A DNA stretch of 64,000 nucleotides from contig NC_043007.1 of assembly GCF_006345805.1 (NCBI RefSeq), positions 72,044,001-72,108,000 of the forward strand, given 5' to 3'. The notes beneath the pieces were generated by a model. It was not told the DNA's origin and made no database searches. It was given only the letters and a program-made list of their open reading frames with translations. This DNA is from Octopus sinensis (lineage: Eukaryota). The position numbers and the translations under genes were made by a program. This document shows positions 13,990-28,193 of this stretch, piece after piece. Each line of letters starts with the position of its first letter. Within the stretch, counting starts at the first letter, position 1.

Positions 13990-14950
13990 AGATAATGGCC
14001 GTGAACGGTGCGCTGTATCCAAAACGTGACGTCGGCGAAATTTATCTTCTCAGAATCAGCAGTTTGATAAATTGTGAAAATTGTTTAAAAAGAAGAAAAC
14101 AATCTTGTTTGGTTCATAAAGCACCGTGTTGTATCCTGGTTGATGGTAATGAAACAATGTGGCATTTTCCAGACTGAAGTTTGCATTGAAAAGAATGGTA
14201 AGAAAAGAACGGAAGAAGAAAAAAGTAAACGGATTAAATCAATATTCGACTAATTGATAACAGAAGTGGGAGAGAAGGAACGGAATAAGCGTCATTGGAA
14301 TGGCTAGGAAGATTTGGCTTTATTACGTGCAGTACAAGTGCAATCTCTTAGAATCAATTATGTGAGATATAACAACGACATAACCGTTGACAGAATTCTA
14401 TAAACTGTATAGAATGAAAATCAGTCGTATTGTGAGTGTGTGCAATAAGTATATTAGTACAAAAGTAGGCAGGATAACCTTGTCCCGATTGTACAGTAGA
14501 AGTTGTACGAGAAACAAACTTAAGAGAACATAAGAGTATTATGAGCACCAGCCCGACTCTGATAGAATCAGATGAAGTGAAACTACTTCGGAGCTTCAAC
14601 ATCGAATGTGGTTGTAAAAGACATGAGAAGAAGACTTGGTATTGTTATATTTGAAAAAGAGGAAAATGCGTCTGTTGAAAACCTAATGTAGGATTACCTG
14701 CGAATAACAGTTTCTGTGAAAAAGAAAAAAAAAGGTCGAATCTTATGAAAACAGAGACAAATTTATAAAATGCGAGGCACGAAAAAAGTCAGACCAATGC
14801 TAGTAGATTTTGATGTCTTGGGAACAGTAACAACAGAAATAAAAAAACATGGACTGAGAAATCTGCAAGTGAGTTACGTACAGAACATCTTTAGAAGACA
14901 GACTTACTAGGAACGACTCGGATTCTGAAGAAAGTTCTTGAAATATAAGG
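13990..14950 (+). pseudogene. Decayed R4/Dong-like LINE 3' half
   Basis: NGALYPKRDV, AVQVQSLRINYV, KLL..FNIEC and terminal LLGTTRILKKVLEI*. Confidence 0.7.
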
Positions 14951-16479
14951 ATATTTCTAGCAGGTTGAGCATTCACGTTGATGGTTCCACGAAGTATGTT
15001 TTGTTGATCCTTTGAGCGTGCGCAGGAATATTACGAATATAATTTGCATGAGGAAACCTTAGCTTTCCAAAAGGCATTTTTGGTTACAGTTATTTAGAAT
15101 TACTTTCAAATAAAGGAGAAATGAGAAACCTAATGCAAATAGAATAATTAATAATTTACCTTTTCTGTTTAGCCACGGTGATTTCCAAAAGTTTCAGACC
15201 TAACTTCTGATCTTTTTATTTCCAGATATTAGCGTTTCTTGACAAGCATGTCTTGATGAATTAACAATTTTTGACTATCAAAAACGTCTATGATATAATT
15301 TAATGACTAAAAGAATGCGTCAGTGATATTAAAAAGGATGAATTTTTACATCAAGATTACATCACGGGGAAGTTTTAATCAGATTTATATCGCAATTTTA
15401 ACTGTTCTTGTTTAGTAAATACTGTGAAAAAGATATGAAAGACAGAAGCTCCAAAGGAAGTAATTTTAGAAAAAATTAAAAGAAGAGCATTATAATGGAG
15501 AGTGGAACGAGATTAAAACGAATTTGATAATTATAACAATTTGGAGAGTCGTGGAATAGAAATCCAGTGTAAATGTGTCCCAATGGTTACAGAACTGGTA
15601 ATAATTATCATCCAAGGACATTTACTTCTCCTGTAGACATTTATGAACGCATTAGAAGGAGAATTCGGCTTTATCAAAAATCAGGGAACTTTTCGCTTTT
15701 TAGCAATTAAAAAAGTTCTGGATATTCTCAGAATACATGACTTCATTGGTGACATTTATCGAAAGTGTCCTTCCCTTTTTTTTGTCAAACGACTGGGTAT
15801 GATATGATATCAGCTGCAATGATATCTTTAGGAACATGAAAAAACACTATTTTACTGTTTGTAAGACAAGTAAACTCTCTGGCTTTTCCCATTCAAATCT
15901 TGTTCTTCACGGACTGTTGTAAATCATTTCTGTGGTTACTTCACTTAGAATCACAATTTATTTAAATGAAACAATTGACGTCATTGTCGTAGATGATATA
16001 CAACATTTACGTTGGTGATTAAAGCGTGAAAATAGTAACTTAACCAAAGCAAATATAATTAATAATCTCCTGATTATTTCTTTTACTGCTTAGTGCATTT
16101 ACGTCAATTGCTTACGGAACGGTAAACCAATACCTATATGTATGTATGCATGTATGTATGTATGTATGTATGTATGTATGTATGTATGTATGTATACACA
16201 TGTGTGTCTAGGTGTGCGTGTTTATATATATATGTGTACAAATATGTGTGTAAATGTATATCTTTATATATACATGTAGATATACATATACATGGATACC
16301 AACATAAATATGTGTGTGTGCGTGTGCGTGCGTGTGTGTGTGTGTAAGTGTGTGTAAGTGTATGAATAAAATAGTGTTTTGGCAACATGGTTAAACGATT
16401 ATCTCCCAATACCCAAAGGCTTCGTGTAACTAACGTTAGTCAAGCACACTCGGTGAGTCTGAAATAATCAATATATATA

Positions 16480-16624
<145 letters not shown>

Positions 16625-16810
16625 GTATGATCCGAAAATAAAGAAAACACAACGAGAGGTGAAAAAACAATAAACAGGTTGTATTAGATTGTTGAAGATA
16701 AGGAAAATGGAAGAAGCTTTTAATGTTTCGAACCTGTACTCTTGTATAGAAAGAATAAATAGATGAAGAGAGAAAAATATGTCTGAGTTAAACGGCCAAA
16801 ACATGTTGAA
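16625..16810 (-). mobile_element. Decayed PLE-type terminal repeat related to the 51128/52856 family
   Basis: Shares the AAAACACAAC..GAGG..GTATT layout; degenerate hammerhead CTATACAAGAGTACAGGTTCGAAACATTAAA; abuts (TA)n. Confidence 0.5.
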
Positions 16811-17404
16811 AACATTAAATATACAGCACACACATGCACGCGCGCGCGTACACACAAACATTAATTAAATGATACAGATATGGAGGCTTACATTCAGGAC
16901 TTTAAGTTTCTATGTCAACAATTCGATGATCATTGCACGCCTTCAGCAGTTGCCAGCCCAGTACATATGGCAGTTTTTGTTAGTGGTGGCATTAAGTAAA
17001 CCGGACTAAAAACAGCTGCAAATGTGCTATGATAATCGAATTCTTGACACAGGAACCCGAAGCACTAATGAAAGTCACCGTATCGTTCAATAAATATTGT
17101 CTATTCCATACGATGTTGTGGTCTTTTGTTGTCACACATGGTTTATCGATACATGCACATGCGCGTGCACACAGTATATTTGAATATATATACACATCTA
17201 TGTATGCACGCAAATTCATAAAAATACAAATTCTTTCCTTTTAGTTAGTTTTTCACCGATTTCAGTTATTCGATTGCAACCATGAAGGGTTTAGCTGTTC
17301 TACCTGAATACTTGTGTATTAAATTTTATTCCGCATCTTTTATTACGATCTAGTCAACCCAGACTTTCTTTACCTCTGCTGCTAATGAGGCTATGCATTT
17401 CCAG

Positions 17405-18026
17405 ACAGCATATCCGAGGAGCTGTCAATATTCAGCGAGAAACCGACGGTAACATTCTGACTAGTTGTATCCCATAATACGTAGTATATTGTTTGACGGC
17501 ATAAAAATATACCCGCTCTGTTATATATTGGTTGTGATTTTATTAATTATTAGTTGCAAGGATGTATATATGTATAATATAATATTATAGAAGCGTTTTT
17601 GGCATTTGGGTTCTTGATATATGGGGATTAATTAGTGTCTATTGTTGGTTGGAATCAGGATGGAGAACACAATACATGGTGAGCGAATGGGCATGAGATG
17701 GAGAATACGGGGGGAGAGAAAGAGAGAGAATGAGAAAGAGAGAGAAATAAACAGTAGATCCATTGTGAAGTGCCACTTTTCGTTGGTGAGAGTAACTTAC
17801 TTTTGACATAGCAATGATAGCCCACCCACGTTAATTTCCAGAATGGTGAATATTGATAAAACTTGTACTTCCTCTTACTTTTCTTCTGGTCTCTACCAGA
17901 TATTTTCGACGCCGACGCTGGCGAACATCGTGCCGAGATCCATGGGGATGGATTCACGGATTTATTCACTGTGCTGGAGGTTATTGTCTCAGACAAACCA
18001 GATAATCGCAGTGACAGTCTTACTTG
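17405..18026 (+). CDS. Candidate spliced exon pair of an unknown host gene (17405-17448 and 17900 to ~18026)
   Basis: CpG-rich unique sequence; TTTCCAG|44 nt|GTAAC, then a pyrimidine tract CTACCAG|; AATAAA at ~18034. Frame and even strand are ambiguous. Confidence 0.3.
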
Positions 18027-18200
18027 AAAACGCAATAAAATACAGGACAGGATAAATTGTGATGGTTGTTTTTAAACCTACCTCGCGGACACCTCTGATT
18101 GCGCATACAGACTTATTATGATCAAAAGCAGGACCATCATACTGTCTATCAAGGACTATTATCTATTTCAAGATGGAAGGGGTGTGTATATGTGTGTATG

Positions 18201-18430
18201 AGGCGGCCAGCTGGCAGAATCGTTAGCACGCCGGGCGAAATGCATAGCTGTATTTCATCTGTCGTTACGTTCCGAGTTCAAATTCCGCCGCGGTCGACTT
18301 TGCCTTTCATCCTTTCGGGGTCGATAAATTAAGTACCAGTTACGCACTGGGGTCAATGTAATCGACTTAACCCCTTTGTCTGTCCTTGTTTGTCCCCTTT
18401 GTGTTTAGCCCCTTGTGGGTAGTAAAGAAA
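18201..18430 (+). mobile_element. SINE A long variant, full length
   Basis: TSD TATATGTGTGTATGA on both sides. Confidence 0.95.
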
Positions 18431-18952
18431 TATATGTGTGTATGAGGTGTTTGTTATTTCCAGAATATACGGCAACCATGTAGAGGTTCCCTTCTATCTT
18501 AGCGATAAAGTCATCAAGTCATGTGTGTTACTATGTTTTTATATAAAAAGATCCACGAGTTGACAAATTAAACGGCAGATCTGAAGGATAACGTTTAATA
18601 AATATGGACAAACTAAACAACTTAAATCTCGAATGTTTTGTAATGATAATCGACAAAAGTCAGGAGGGAGTAAACCTTGTATTTCGTCGACATACTCATG
18701 CCGTTCCCTTGCCTGTGACTAAATAGAATAACGGCAGTCACTGACAGCACATTTTATATTAGGATTGAGGGTATTAATGACTCACTAATTAAAAAGTGTT
18801 AATTATTCCTCAATTAAAAACGTAAACGGCAACGATGTAGGTAATTAGAACTTTCCCTGGAGCAAACTACCCCGTGCTGGTTTAAACAGACATTAGCAGT
18901 AAAATGAATAATGTCTAGTGTAAAGCAATCTCAATACATTCAGTGAGAGTTA

Positions 18953-19168
18953 AGGCGGCGAGTGGCAGAATCGTTAGCACGCCGGGCAAAATGCTTAGCA
19001 TATTTCACTCGTCTTTACGTTTTGAGTTCAAATACCGCCGAAGTCGACTTTGCCTTTCATCCTTTCAGGATCGATAAAATAAGTACCCCTTGAGGATTGG
19101 GGTCGATGTAATCGACTTATCCCCGGCCCAGAAATTGCTACCCTTATGCCAAAACTTGAGATCAATAT
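18953..19168 (+). mobile_element. SINE A short variant
   Basis: Head GGCGGCGAGTGGCAGAATCGTTAG through tail GAGATCAATATT. Confidence 0.9.
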
Positions 19169-19385
19169 TCAGTGGAGGAATACAGAAAACCTTCTATACA
19201 CTTTATCGCTATATCAGTATGAAAATATACTAAAGGTATATTTGTTTCTTCAGGGGGAAAATTACGCTCGTTAGCTCCTACACATATGTTGCACAAACAG
19301 GAAGGCTTGGATTTACAACAATTAATTTTAATAAGTGTGATTGAATGTATGCATACATACATACATACATACATACATACATACA

Positions 19386-19829
19386 ATTCAAACTCTTACA
19401 GCTGTTTCTGGGAAATCCTAGAGTACGAGATATTCCGTCATCGGAGACAAATAGGGAAAATGAGAAGAGTACAGATTACTGAAATGACGATATAGGACAG
19501 GAGAGAAGAAATAAGGGGATGAAGAAAGAGAAGAAAAAAAGAGGAATAAAAGTTCACAGTTCAACTTTCTGATCCTGTAGAAGTAAGTCCGTAAGTCCTT
19601 TGATGCAATCCTGTGTAAATCCATGTAGGTTACAAAAGATTGCACCTAAGGACTAGAAAGTTGAACTGCTTCTTTTTTCTTTCCTTTCTTCATCTCCTTA
19701 TTCCTACTCTTCTGTCCTCTATGTCATCATTTCCTTAATCTGTACCCTTATCATTTTCCTTTATTTGTCTCCGATATCGGAATATATCATATTCTGGGAT
19801 ATCCCAGAAACAGCTGCTAGCCTTTGAAT
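19386..19829. mobile_element. Fold-back (inverted) pair of PLE-type terminal repeats with hammerhead-like motifs
   Basis: Arms ~19386-19570 and ~19655-19829 are imperfect reverse complements; the left arm (minus) reads CCGATGA..GAAACAGCTGTA. Confidence 0.7.
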
Positions 19830-20023
19830 CTTTTTTTCCATTAATGTATATGACTTGAGATGCTTGTCATGCCTTAACGTTTGTTGTCCTCTTTAATAAT
19901 TATATATCCGCTATATCGGAAATCTACAATGGCCCCATAACTACCGTCTCGGCTATAATCATGGAGCTCTAGTAATCCGTTACAGCACTTGCCTAGCGTA
20001 CCTAGAACTAAACCTCCACATTT

Positions 20024-20113
<90 letters not shown>

Positions 20114-20790
20114 GTATGCACACATATGCATATGTGTGTGTATAATGTATAAATATATATATATACACATATAAACACACACATGTGTGTGTATGTATAT
20201 ATGTGTGTACGTATGTATGTATGTATGTATGTATGTATGTATGTATGTATGTATGTATACACATACAGAGTAATACTTCATCGTTTAAAAAGGTGTTATT
20301 CCTAATTTTGCCAAACCCCAGTACGATTTAATAAAAGAATGTAGGTAATAGTTTACTTTTAAAACTGTATTATTATTTTTTTGTTATATTAAAGAGTTCT
20401 CTTTTGTTTTGAACTTTTCATGGTAACTGCAAATGAAATTTTTTATTTAATCCTTCATGTCTTATGAAGTTCAAAAGATTGACTAACTGTTTTAGTTAGT
20501 TGTATCGAAGTAATTGTTGTTAAAGACTGAATTTAAGGACGAATTAAGAAAAAAATAAGAACGATCACAAATGGAATGGTTACGCTAATTCTCGTTTATG
20601 CAGACCTTACGTAACCCTAATATGTTCAAGGAAAATTAGATGCACGGTGTTCATGGTTTTCTCAAGGGTTTTAAATGAAGTGAATTCTCTTTAATCGGAA
20701 ACTGAAAACTTCACTGCTTGTTCATTGTACCAGCAGCTTCACTTCTGGGTCTATGTGATCGTTAACATGAACTAATATTCCTGTTAGCAA

Positions 20791-21013
20791 CGGCGGTGAG
20801 CTGGCAGAATAGTTAGCACGCCGGGCAAAATGCTCAGTGGTATTTCGACCGTCTTTACGGTCTGAGTTCAAATTCCACTAATATCGACTTTGCTTTTCAT
20901 CCTTTCGTGGTCAATAAAATAAGTAGCAGCTGAATAGCGAGGTCGAGTCGATGTAATTGACTTACTCCATGCCCCGAACTTGCTAGCTTTATGCCAAAAT
21001 TTGAAATCAATAT
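20791..21013 (+). mobile_element. SINE A short variant
   Basis: Similarity to other copies; flanking AATATTC repeat. Confidence 0.85.
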
Positions 21014-21869
21014 TCATTTTTAGCGACTCTGTAAAACTTATATATTGTTTAAATTGGCACCAAGTGAATTTTCTTTTAAGGCTGCGTGGATGCTAGTCGG
21101 TTGTAGCGACTTCAATGCCTTATAAGTACTTTAACATCAGACGTCACCAGGTGAAAAATGATCCTTGGGAACGAGAAATGCCCATCTACATGGACAATAT
21201 GTATTATAATATATTCTAAGATGAAATATTATAATACATTCTAAGATGAGGGAAATGTTGACTAGTAAAGAATATTTAAAATCGTCCTTCCAGAAATGTG
21301 GACGAAGCAAACACTGATGGTTTGAATTCAAAACGTAATGAAATCAAATTGAAGACTATAATGGACTTAGTTTCGTGCTGAAACATTTGTGCACTCTGCT
21401 GCATTGGCTGCAAGAAATTACTTTTTGATGGTATTACTGGCAATGAATTAGATTTGGACCTATAGATATCCACAGTCGCTAATCCGATTACTTAACATAA
21501 TTCAGAAGGAAGCGACGAACTTATGAATTTCCTCCACAAATCATGAAAAAAAAAAAAAATTTTAAAAAAAAACGAAGCAAAAAACAAACAAACAAAACAA
21601 AACAAAACAAAGCAACAAAAAAGCAAAAAAAATCCTTCCAGCATCTTCTGTTATGTAATATGAAACAGGAAATACAGAAAGAGTCACAAATGTCGAGAAA
21701 TAAGATTGCAAATTATTACTTCACGAAGGAATATTGCATCAGTGTTAAAAGTGACAGGAGCAGAGATGATAGTGAATCATTTGAAAGGGATGAGGCGATG
21801 GTGATAGTGATAGTGGTGGTGGTGGTGGTGGCGGTGGCGGTAATAGTGATAAGAAGGAATAAACATAGA

Positions 21870-22530
21870 AGCTTGTATTAACGGTATGGAATATTGGTAA
21901 CAATGAGGACGGAAGTGCGGTGAATTGTTTGAGTGGAATATAAAGTGTTGAGGATAATAGTTGGGATGGTGTACATACCAAGAATGGAAGCAGTACTTTC
22001 TGAATGATGATTAAGAGGATGGCTGGAAAATTAGTAAAGATGAGGGAGCGATTAGAACTAGGACTAGGAAAGGCAGAAATGAATGAAGGCGGGTGGGTGT
22101 GAGGGAATTTATTTCTTTTTTTATAAGAACGAGTTTCATCAGAAGAAACTTTAATTTGATCGTTTAATAAATCACAGTCAAACATCAATAGGAAAATAAA
22201 AAAAAAAATGAAATATTTATCAAACGATATCATAAGATAAGAAAAATGGAAGAAGTGTCCGCTACAGAGGTGTGTTAGTGTATGTGTGCATGGGGAGTTA
22301 ATATGATCGCAATGGGCGATTAGATGCGGGAAATAAATGAGCGAATGGATGATTGTATATAATGAGTTATGAATGATATATGAAGACAACGTTAACAGAC
22401 GAATCGTCGTATGTCATATTATAAAGTAGGGGAATGGAACAGCTCAGTGATTATAACAGTGACAAGGAACTTGAAATTGAATCTCAATGGAAAAAGAATA
22501 AGATATTAACATCAGAGACTTTAAGCAACT
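21870..22530 (-). mobile_element. Decayed APE-type LINE (CR1/L2-like) 3' remnant
   Basis: Minus translation YIPLKQFTALPSSLLPIF resembles a LINE ORF2 C-terminus; heavily decayed. Confidence 0.3.
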
Positions 22531-22536
22531 GTTTGC

Positions 22537-22954
22537 TTACATACATACATGCATACATACATTCATACATACATTCATACATACATACATACATACATAC
22601 ATACATACATTCATACATTCATACACACATACATACATACATACATACATACATTCATACAGTCATACACACATACATACATACATACATACATACATAC
22701 ATACATACATTCGTACATTCATACACACATACATACATACATACATACATACATACATACATACATTCATACATACATACATACATACATACATTCATAC
22801 ATACATACATACAAACATACATACATACATACATACATTCATACATACATACATACATACATTCATTCATACATTCATACACACATACATACATACATAC
22901 ATACATACATACATACATACATACATACATACATGCATACATACATACATACAT
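22537..22954. repeat. About 420-bp (ACAT)n array with ACATTCAT variants
   Basis: Directly visible. Confidence 0.95.
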
Positions 22955-23279
22955 TTATTTATGTGTGTATGTATGTATGTATCTATGTGTCATTACTGTG
23001 CCTTGGTTATAAATGTTACGAGTTGTTGAAAGTGTATTGGTCAACATTTGATATGGAATATCGTTAGGTGATAGGGGTGAAGGAAGCTAAGATAAAATAT
23101 GAAGTAAGGGTAAGGGTCCCACTCTAAGCCATATCCTCCTATTCTCTACAGTGCTGCAGATATTAAGGGACTGGGATGGAAATAAATCATACTTAAACAG
23201 GCAGAACCAACAAATGGACTGTAAAATTACTCCAGAGATAAGCTACACTTCCATATCAAACTCCTGGAAAATAGTGACA

Positions 23280-23490
23280 ATGATGCTGATGATGATAATG
23301 ATGGTGGTGGTGATGACGATGATGATGATGATAATGATGGTGATGGTTGTAGTGGTGGTAGTGATGATGATGATGATGATGATGATGATGGTGATGATGA
23401 TGGTGATGATGATGATGATGATGATGATGATGGTTGTGATGAAGATGATGGTGATGGTGGTGGTGATTATGATGGCAGTGATGACAGCGA
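23280..23490. repeat. (GAT/GGT)n trinucleotide array
   Basis: Directly visible. Confidence 0.95.
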
Positions 23491-23840
23491 CATCAAAATA
23501 ATGCAATGTACAAACTACTTAAGAAATGAGATAAATTCTGGAGGCTGGAGTTTGTGAAACAATTATGATAAATTAAGTTGGAAGTTGAAGACTGCCACCG
23601 GTGCTGTGTTGTCTCCACGGCTCAGAACATTTTGTTTGAAACAGGTACAGTGGCAGTACAGCCTACTTCTCTCACATTAATGGAATGGTGTAATGGTGTA
23701 GTGTAGTTTGTGAGGCTGAGTTAAAGCTTATATCAACAAGCATCGATAGGGCATCAGGAAACCATTCCAATATTCAGCATTAGATCAGAACTTCAAATTG
23801 TCTTGGGTGGTCTTGTCATTCAATACAGGTCCTGGTTTAT

Positions 23841-24256
23841 AAGTGTCGAGCTGGCAGAATCGTTAGCACGCCGGGCGAAATGCTTAGCGGTATTTCGTCT
23901 GCCGCTACGTTCTAAGTTCAAATTCCACCGAGGTCGATTTTGCCTTTCATCCTTTCGGGGTCGATTAAATAAGTACCAGTTACGCACTGGGGTCGATATA
24001 ATCGTCTTAATCCGTTTGTCTGTCCTTGCTTGTCCTCTCTGTGTTTAGCCTCTTGTGGATAGTAAAGAAATAGGTATTTCGTCTGCCGCTACGTTCTGAG
24101 TTCAAATTCCACCGAGGTCGACTTTGCCTTTCATCCTTTCTGGGTCGATTAAATAAGTACCATTTATGCACTGGGGTCAATATAATCGACTAAATCCATT
24201 TGTCTGTCCTTGTTTGTCTCCTCTATGTTTAGCCCCTTGCGGGCAATAAACAAATA
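23841..24256 (+). mobile_element. SINE A dimer (long + long)
   Basis: Second unit starts at GGTATTTCGTCTG (~24073); the whole dimer is flanked by ACA.GTCCTGGTTTAT. Confidence 0.9.
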
Positions 24257-24544
24257 AAAACACGTCCTGGTTTATCTTACAATTGCAAGTGAAATCATCT
24301 CATATATACAACTTTCACTCAGTGACTATTTTACTAGATTGCAATCATCTTACATTAACAGAAGGTAAAATATTTGGAAGACAGAGATATAATCGATACA
24401 TTGATTCATTCCATATTTGATATTTACTTTGTTGGCTGCAGAGGTGATGAAAGACAAGGTCGGGATTTTAACAGAAAACGTTAAAGAGAAAAATACTTGA
24501 AACATATAAGTTCTCCATTGCTTCTGTTAATACATCGTCATCAT

Positions 24545-24945
24545 AGGGAGGCGAGCTGGCAGAATCGTTAGCACGCCGGGCGAAATGCTAAGCGATATTT
24601 CGTCTGCCGTTACGTTCTGAGTTCAAATTCCGCCAAGGTCGACTTTGCCTTTCATCCTTTCGAGGTCGATAAATTAAGTACCAGTTACGCACTGGGGTCG
24701 ATATAATCGACTTATTCCGTTTGTCTGTCCCTGTTTGTCCTCTTTGTGTTTAGCCCCTTGTGGGTAGTAAATAAATAGATATTTCGTCTGTATTTACGTT
24801 CTGAGTTTAAATTCTGCCGAGGTCGACTTTGCCTTTCATCATTTCGGTGTCGATAAATTAAGTACCAGTTGCGTACTGAGATCGATCTAATCGACTGGTC
24901 CTTTCCCCAAAAATTTCGGGTCTTGAGCCCAGAGTAGAAAAGAAG
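24545..24945 (+). mobile_element. SINE A dimer (long + short)
   Basis: Junction AAATA|GATATTTCGTCTG at ~24778; TSD ACATCGTCATCAT flanks the whole dimer. Confidence 0.9.
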
Positions 24946-24959
24946 ACATCGTCATCATT

Positions 24960-25348
24960 TATCTTTTACTCGTTTCAGTTGCGGTCATGCTGGGAGCCCA
25001 CCTTGAAGGATTTATAGTCGAATGAATCGACCCGAGTACTTGTGTTTCTTCTTTAAGCCTGGAACATGTTTCTTTTGCCGACTCGCAAAGTTACGGGGAC
25101 GTAAACACACCAGCACTGGTTGTCAAGCGGTGGTCGGAGACTAACATAGACAGATAGACACACGAACATACAAACAAAGAAATATGTATACGACGGGCTT
25201 CTTACAGTTTCCGTCTACCAAATACACTCACAAGGCTTCGGTCGGCCCAAGTCTATAGCAGAAAGACGCTTGCTCAAATTACCACGCAGTGGGACTGAAA
25301 TCCGGAACCATGTGGTTGAGAGGCAAGCTTCTTATCACACAGCCACGA
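24960..25348 (-). mobile_element. SINE B, near full length
   Basis: Aligns with the 4052-4527 copy. Confidence 0.9.
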
Positions 25349-26575
25349 CTTAGTATAAATGTTTTGGAAGTGTTTGCGGCAGAGACAGCAGCCTTTAGTT
25401 GCAACAATCAATTGTTTTCACTTTAACTAAATGTTTACAACTTCTTTGAATAATCTAATATATCCATGGAGGTCTTCAGTTTAAATAAATTACATACAGA
25501 CAGGCGCACATGCGCAGATGTGTGGCTGCACATGTTTTTAACGATTTCTTTCCTGCCCATGTTTATATGAATTCATTAGATACATTTGTTAAATTTCCTC
25601 GTATTTACTTTAATTTTTGTACATTTTGTTTAAATACTTTCCAGCTATCAAATATTTCTCTTTGTTAAATACAGTATTAGTCATTCAGTTTACTCTGTGT
25701 ATATATATCTGGTCGCAGTTGGTGGTGTCACACTTGAGTATTGTTATAGGTATTTCCAGTGGAGATCATTGCGTCCATATTTATTTATTTATTTATTTTA
25801 TATCGGAATTTGTGAATTATAACGTCGTCAGCGGTTGCAAATTTCGCAAAGACCTATCACTACCTAACTCCATTATTGGCAGTGAGATGAGAATGGCAAA
25901 CCACGAATTTCTTTAATTTTCCGGCGTTAGACACACACACATACACGCGCGCGCGCGCGCACGCACACACACTGGATCTCGATACAACTTTCCATTACAG
26001 GAATCTGAAGCTATTGTTGGAAACAATTAGCCCGAGTACCGCGCAATGGGACTGAACCTGGAACCGTGTGGTTCTGAAGAAGCTATCATTTTAAGCACAA
26101 ACGCTGCCAAAATATGTAAGACTAAGCATTTCTTATGTCGATATTTGTATGTTTGCTGTAGAAATTATTTACGGCTACACTGCACTTCAAACAACTGCCT
26201 ACACGTTTCCTGATACTTAACTAATCATCTACGAAAATAATTTAATCCCAGTATTAGAGTTTTGATGAATGCATCAGCAGAGCGCCGAACTGGATGTTTT
26301 AGTTTAACTTGTTTGTTATTTTACAGCTCCGATTCCAAGTCTCACCTGACCTTACTTTGCTTTTCATTCCACCGACTTTGAGAAAATAAGCACCAGCTCT
26401 GTATTGAAGTCGATTCAAGCTTCTACAAAATTTAGTCGTGTTCTAAGATAAAGGAAATGTTTACATAAAATTTAATCTAAATATAAACGTATAATTTATT
26501 TCAGGTTTCTTCCAGCAATTTATCACATGTATACTGAATGATTTGTTATTTTTATATGTCTTAGAGAACTCTCTC

Positions 26576-26627
<52 letters not shown>

Positions 26628-26899
26628 TCTCTTTTGGCAAACTGCCTTCAAGTTTGGTGGGAGGAAGAGAGATAGCTTATCCCCTGGTCAAAATACTTGC
26701 AATAGAGTGGAACCCGCTAAAGTCAATCAAGGTTAGTTGATGGTATTAAACCTACTGGTGAATTACATCTTAAGTTCACTCGACGAGATTCAGCACAATT
26801 TCCATCTACCTACTTTCATTTTCAAAGTCTTATAGTAGGATCGAACCTAGAAACATATTGTTGCTAAGCGAAAGGAGAAAAGACCCAAACAGGAGACGT

Positions 26900-26984
<85 letters not shown>

Positions 26985-28132
26985 GAGAAACAGAGAGACA
27001 GTGTTATTTAGTTTCTACAGTTTGGAACCACCATAAATCTTGAATTGAACAGCCTCGTCAGGAATTCAATCATATTGCCATACCTTCACTCGTGGAAGCA
27101 AAGGGGGCAAAGGGTCAGAAAGCAACATAACAGTATAAACGGAACCTCACCCACAAACCCCTCCACCCCAAACAACCTTTGTAGCAAGAATTTGGAAAGT
27201 CAGAGAAAGAAATAGTCGAGAATAAAAATGCAGGAATTGCTTATTATTTTCCTTTCTGAAGTATGATGATGATGATGATGGTGATAACGACGACGATGAC
27301 GATGATAATAATAACAACAACGATAACGATGATGATGATGATGATAACGAGGAATGAAAGAAATAACTTTTACTAATGAGGTAATCTCCAAGGACCATAT
27401 AAGGTAAAGGGAGGGAAAAATCCAAGGATGTGGAGAAGGAATAAAATCGAGAAAGAGATTGGATATGGGAAGCCAAAACGGATATGCTGGTAATTGAGTA
27501 TCAGAAATGGTAGAAGAATCATTTGCAGAAAGAATAAATAAGGCGAATATAATACAGCAATATAGTAACACAGCAATATAACATGTGGTTGGTTTAAATT
27601 GAAGATGTTATGAGTTGGGCGGTACCGTTAAAACTTACCTTGTTATAATATACAGCAAATATTTTCAGTGGAACACACTTCAGAGAATGGTGAAAATGAG
27701 AAAGAACTATGGGCCAAAAATCATATATGCACACGCACGTCTCTATGTGTCTGTGTGTGTATGTGCGTGCGTATGTGTGCATATGTTTATACGTAATTGT
27801 GTATGTATATATATGACTGTGGCTGCGGATGTGTAGATCATGCATAACCCATCCTTCTTTTCTTCCTACACATACGCTGTTTTACACACACACACACACA
27901 TACACGTACATACGTATCTATGTATATGTATATGTGTGTATGTGCATAAGCACACACACACATACACACACAAACACCTACACATACAATGATTAGAGTT
28001 AATATTTCTATGAATATCAAAATAATAATTTATTAACTCATTGTAAGTTGATATTTGCGTAGAATATACATTCGTACTTCCTTTTATATTTTGCGAGTAT
28101 AGCCGTGCATGCATATGACTATGTGCGTGCGT

Positions 28133-28193
<61 letters not shown>

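Noticed and set aside
18675-18700. miR-981-like match (TGTCGACGAAA, minus strand)
   Set aside because: Only about 11 nt match, the seed end differs and no precursor hairpin is evident
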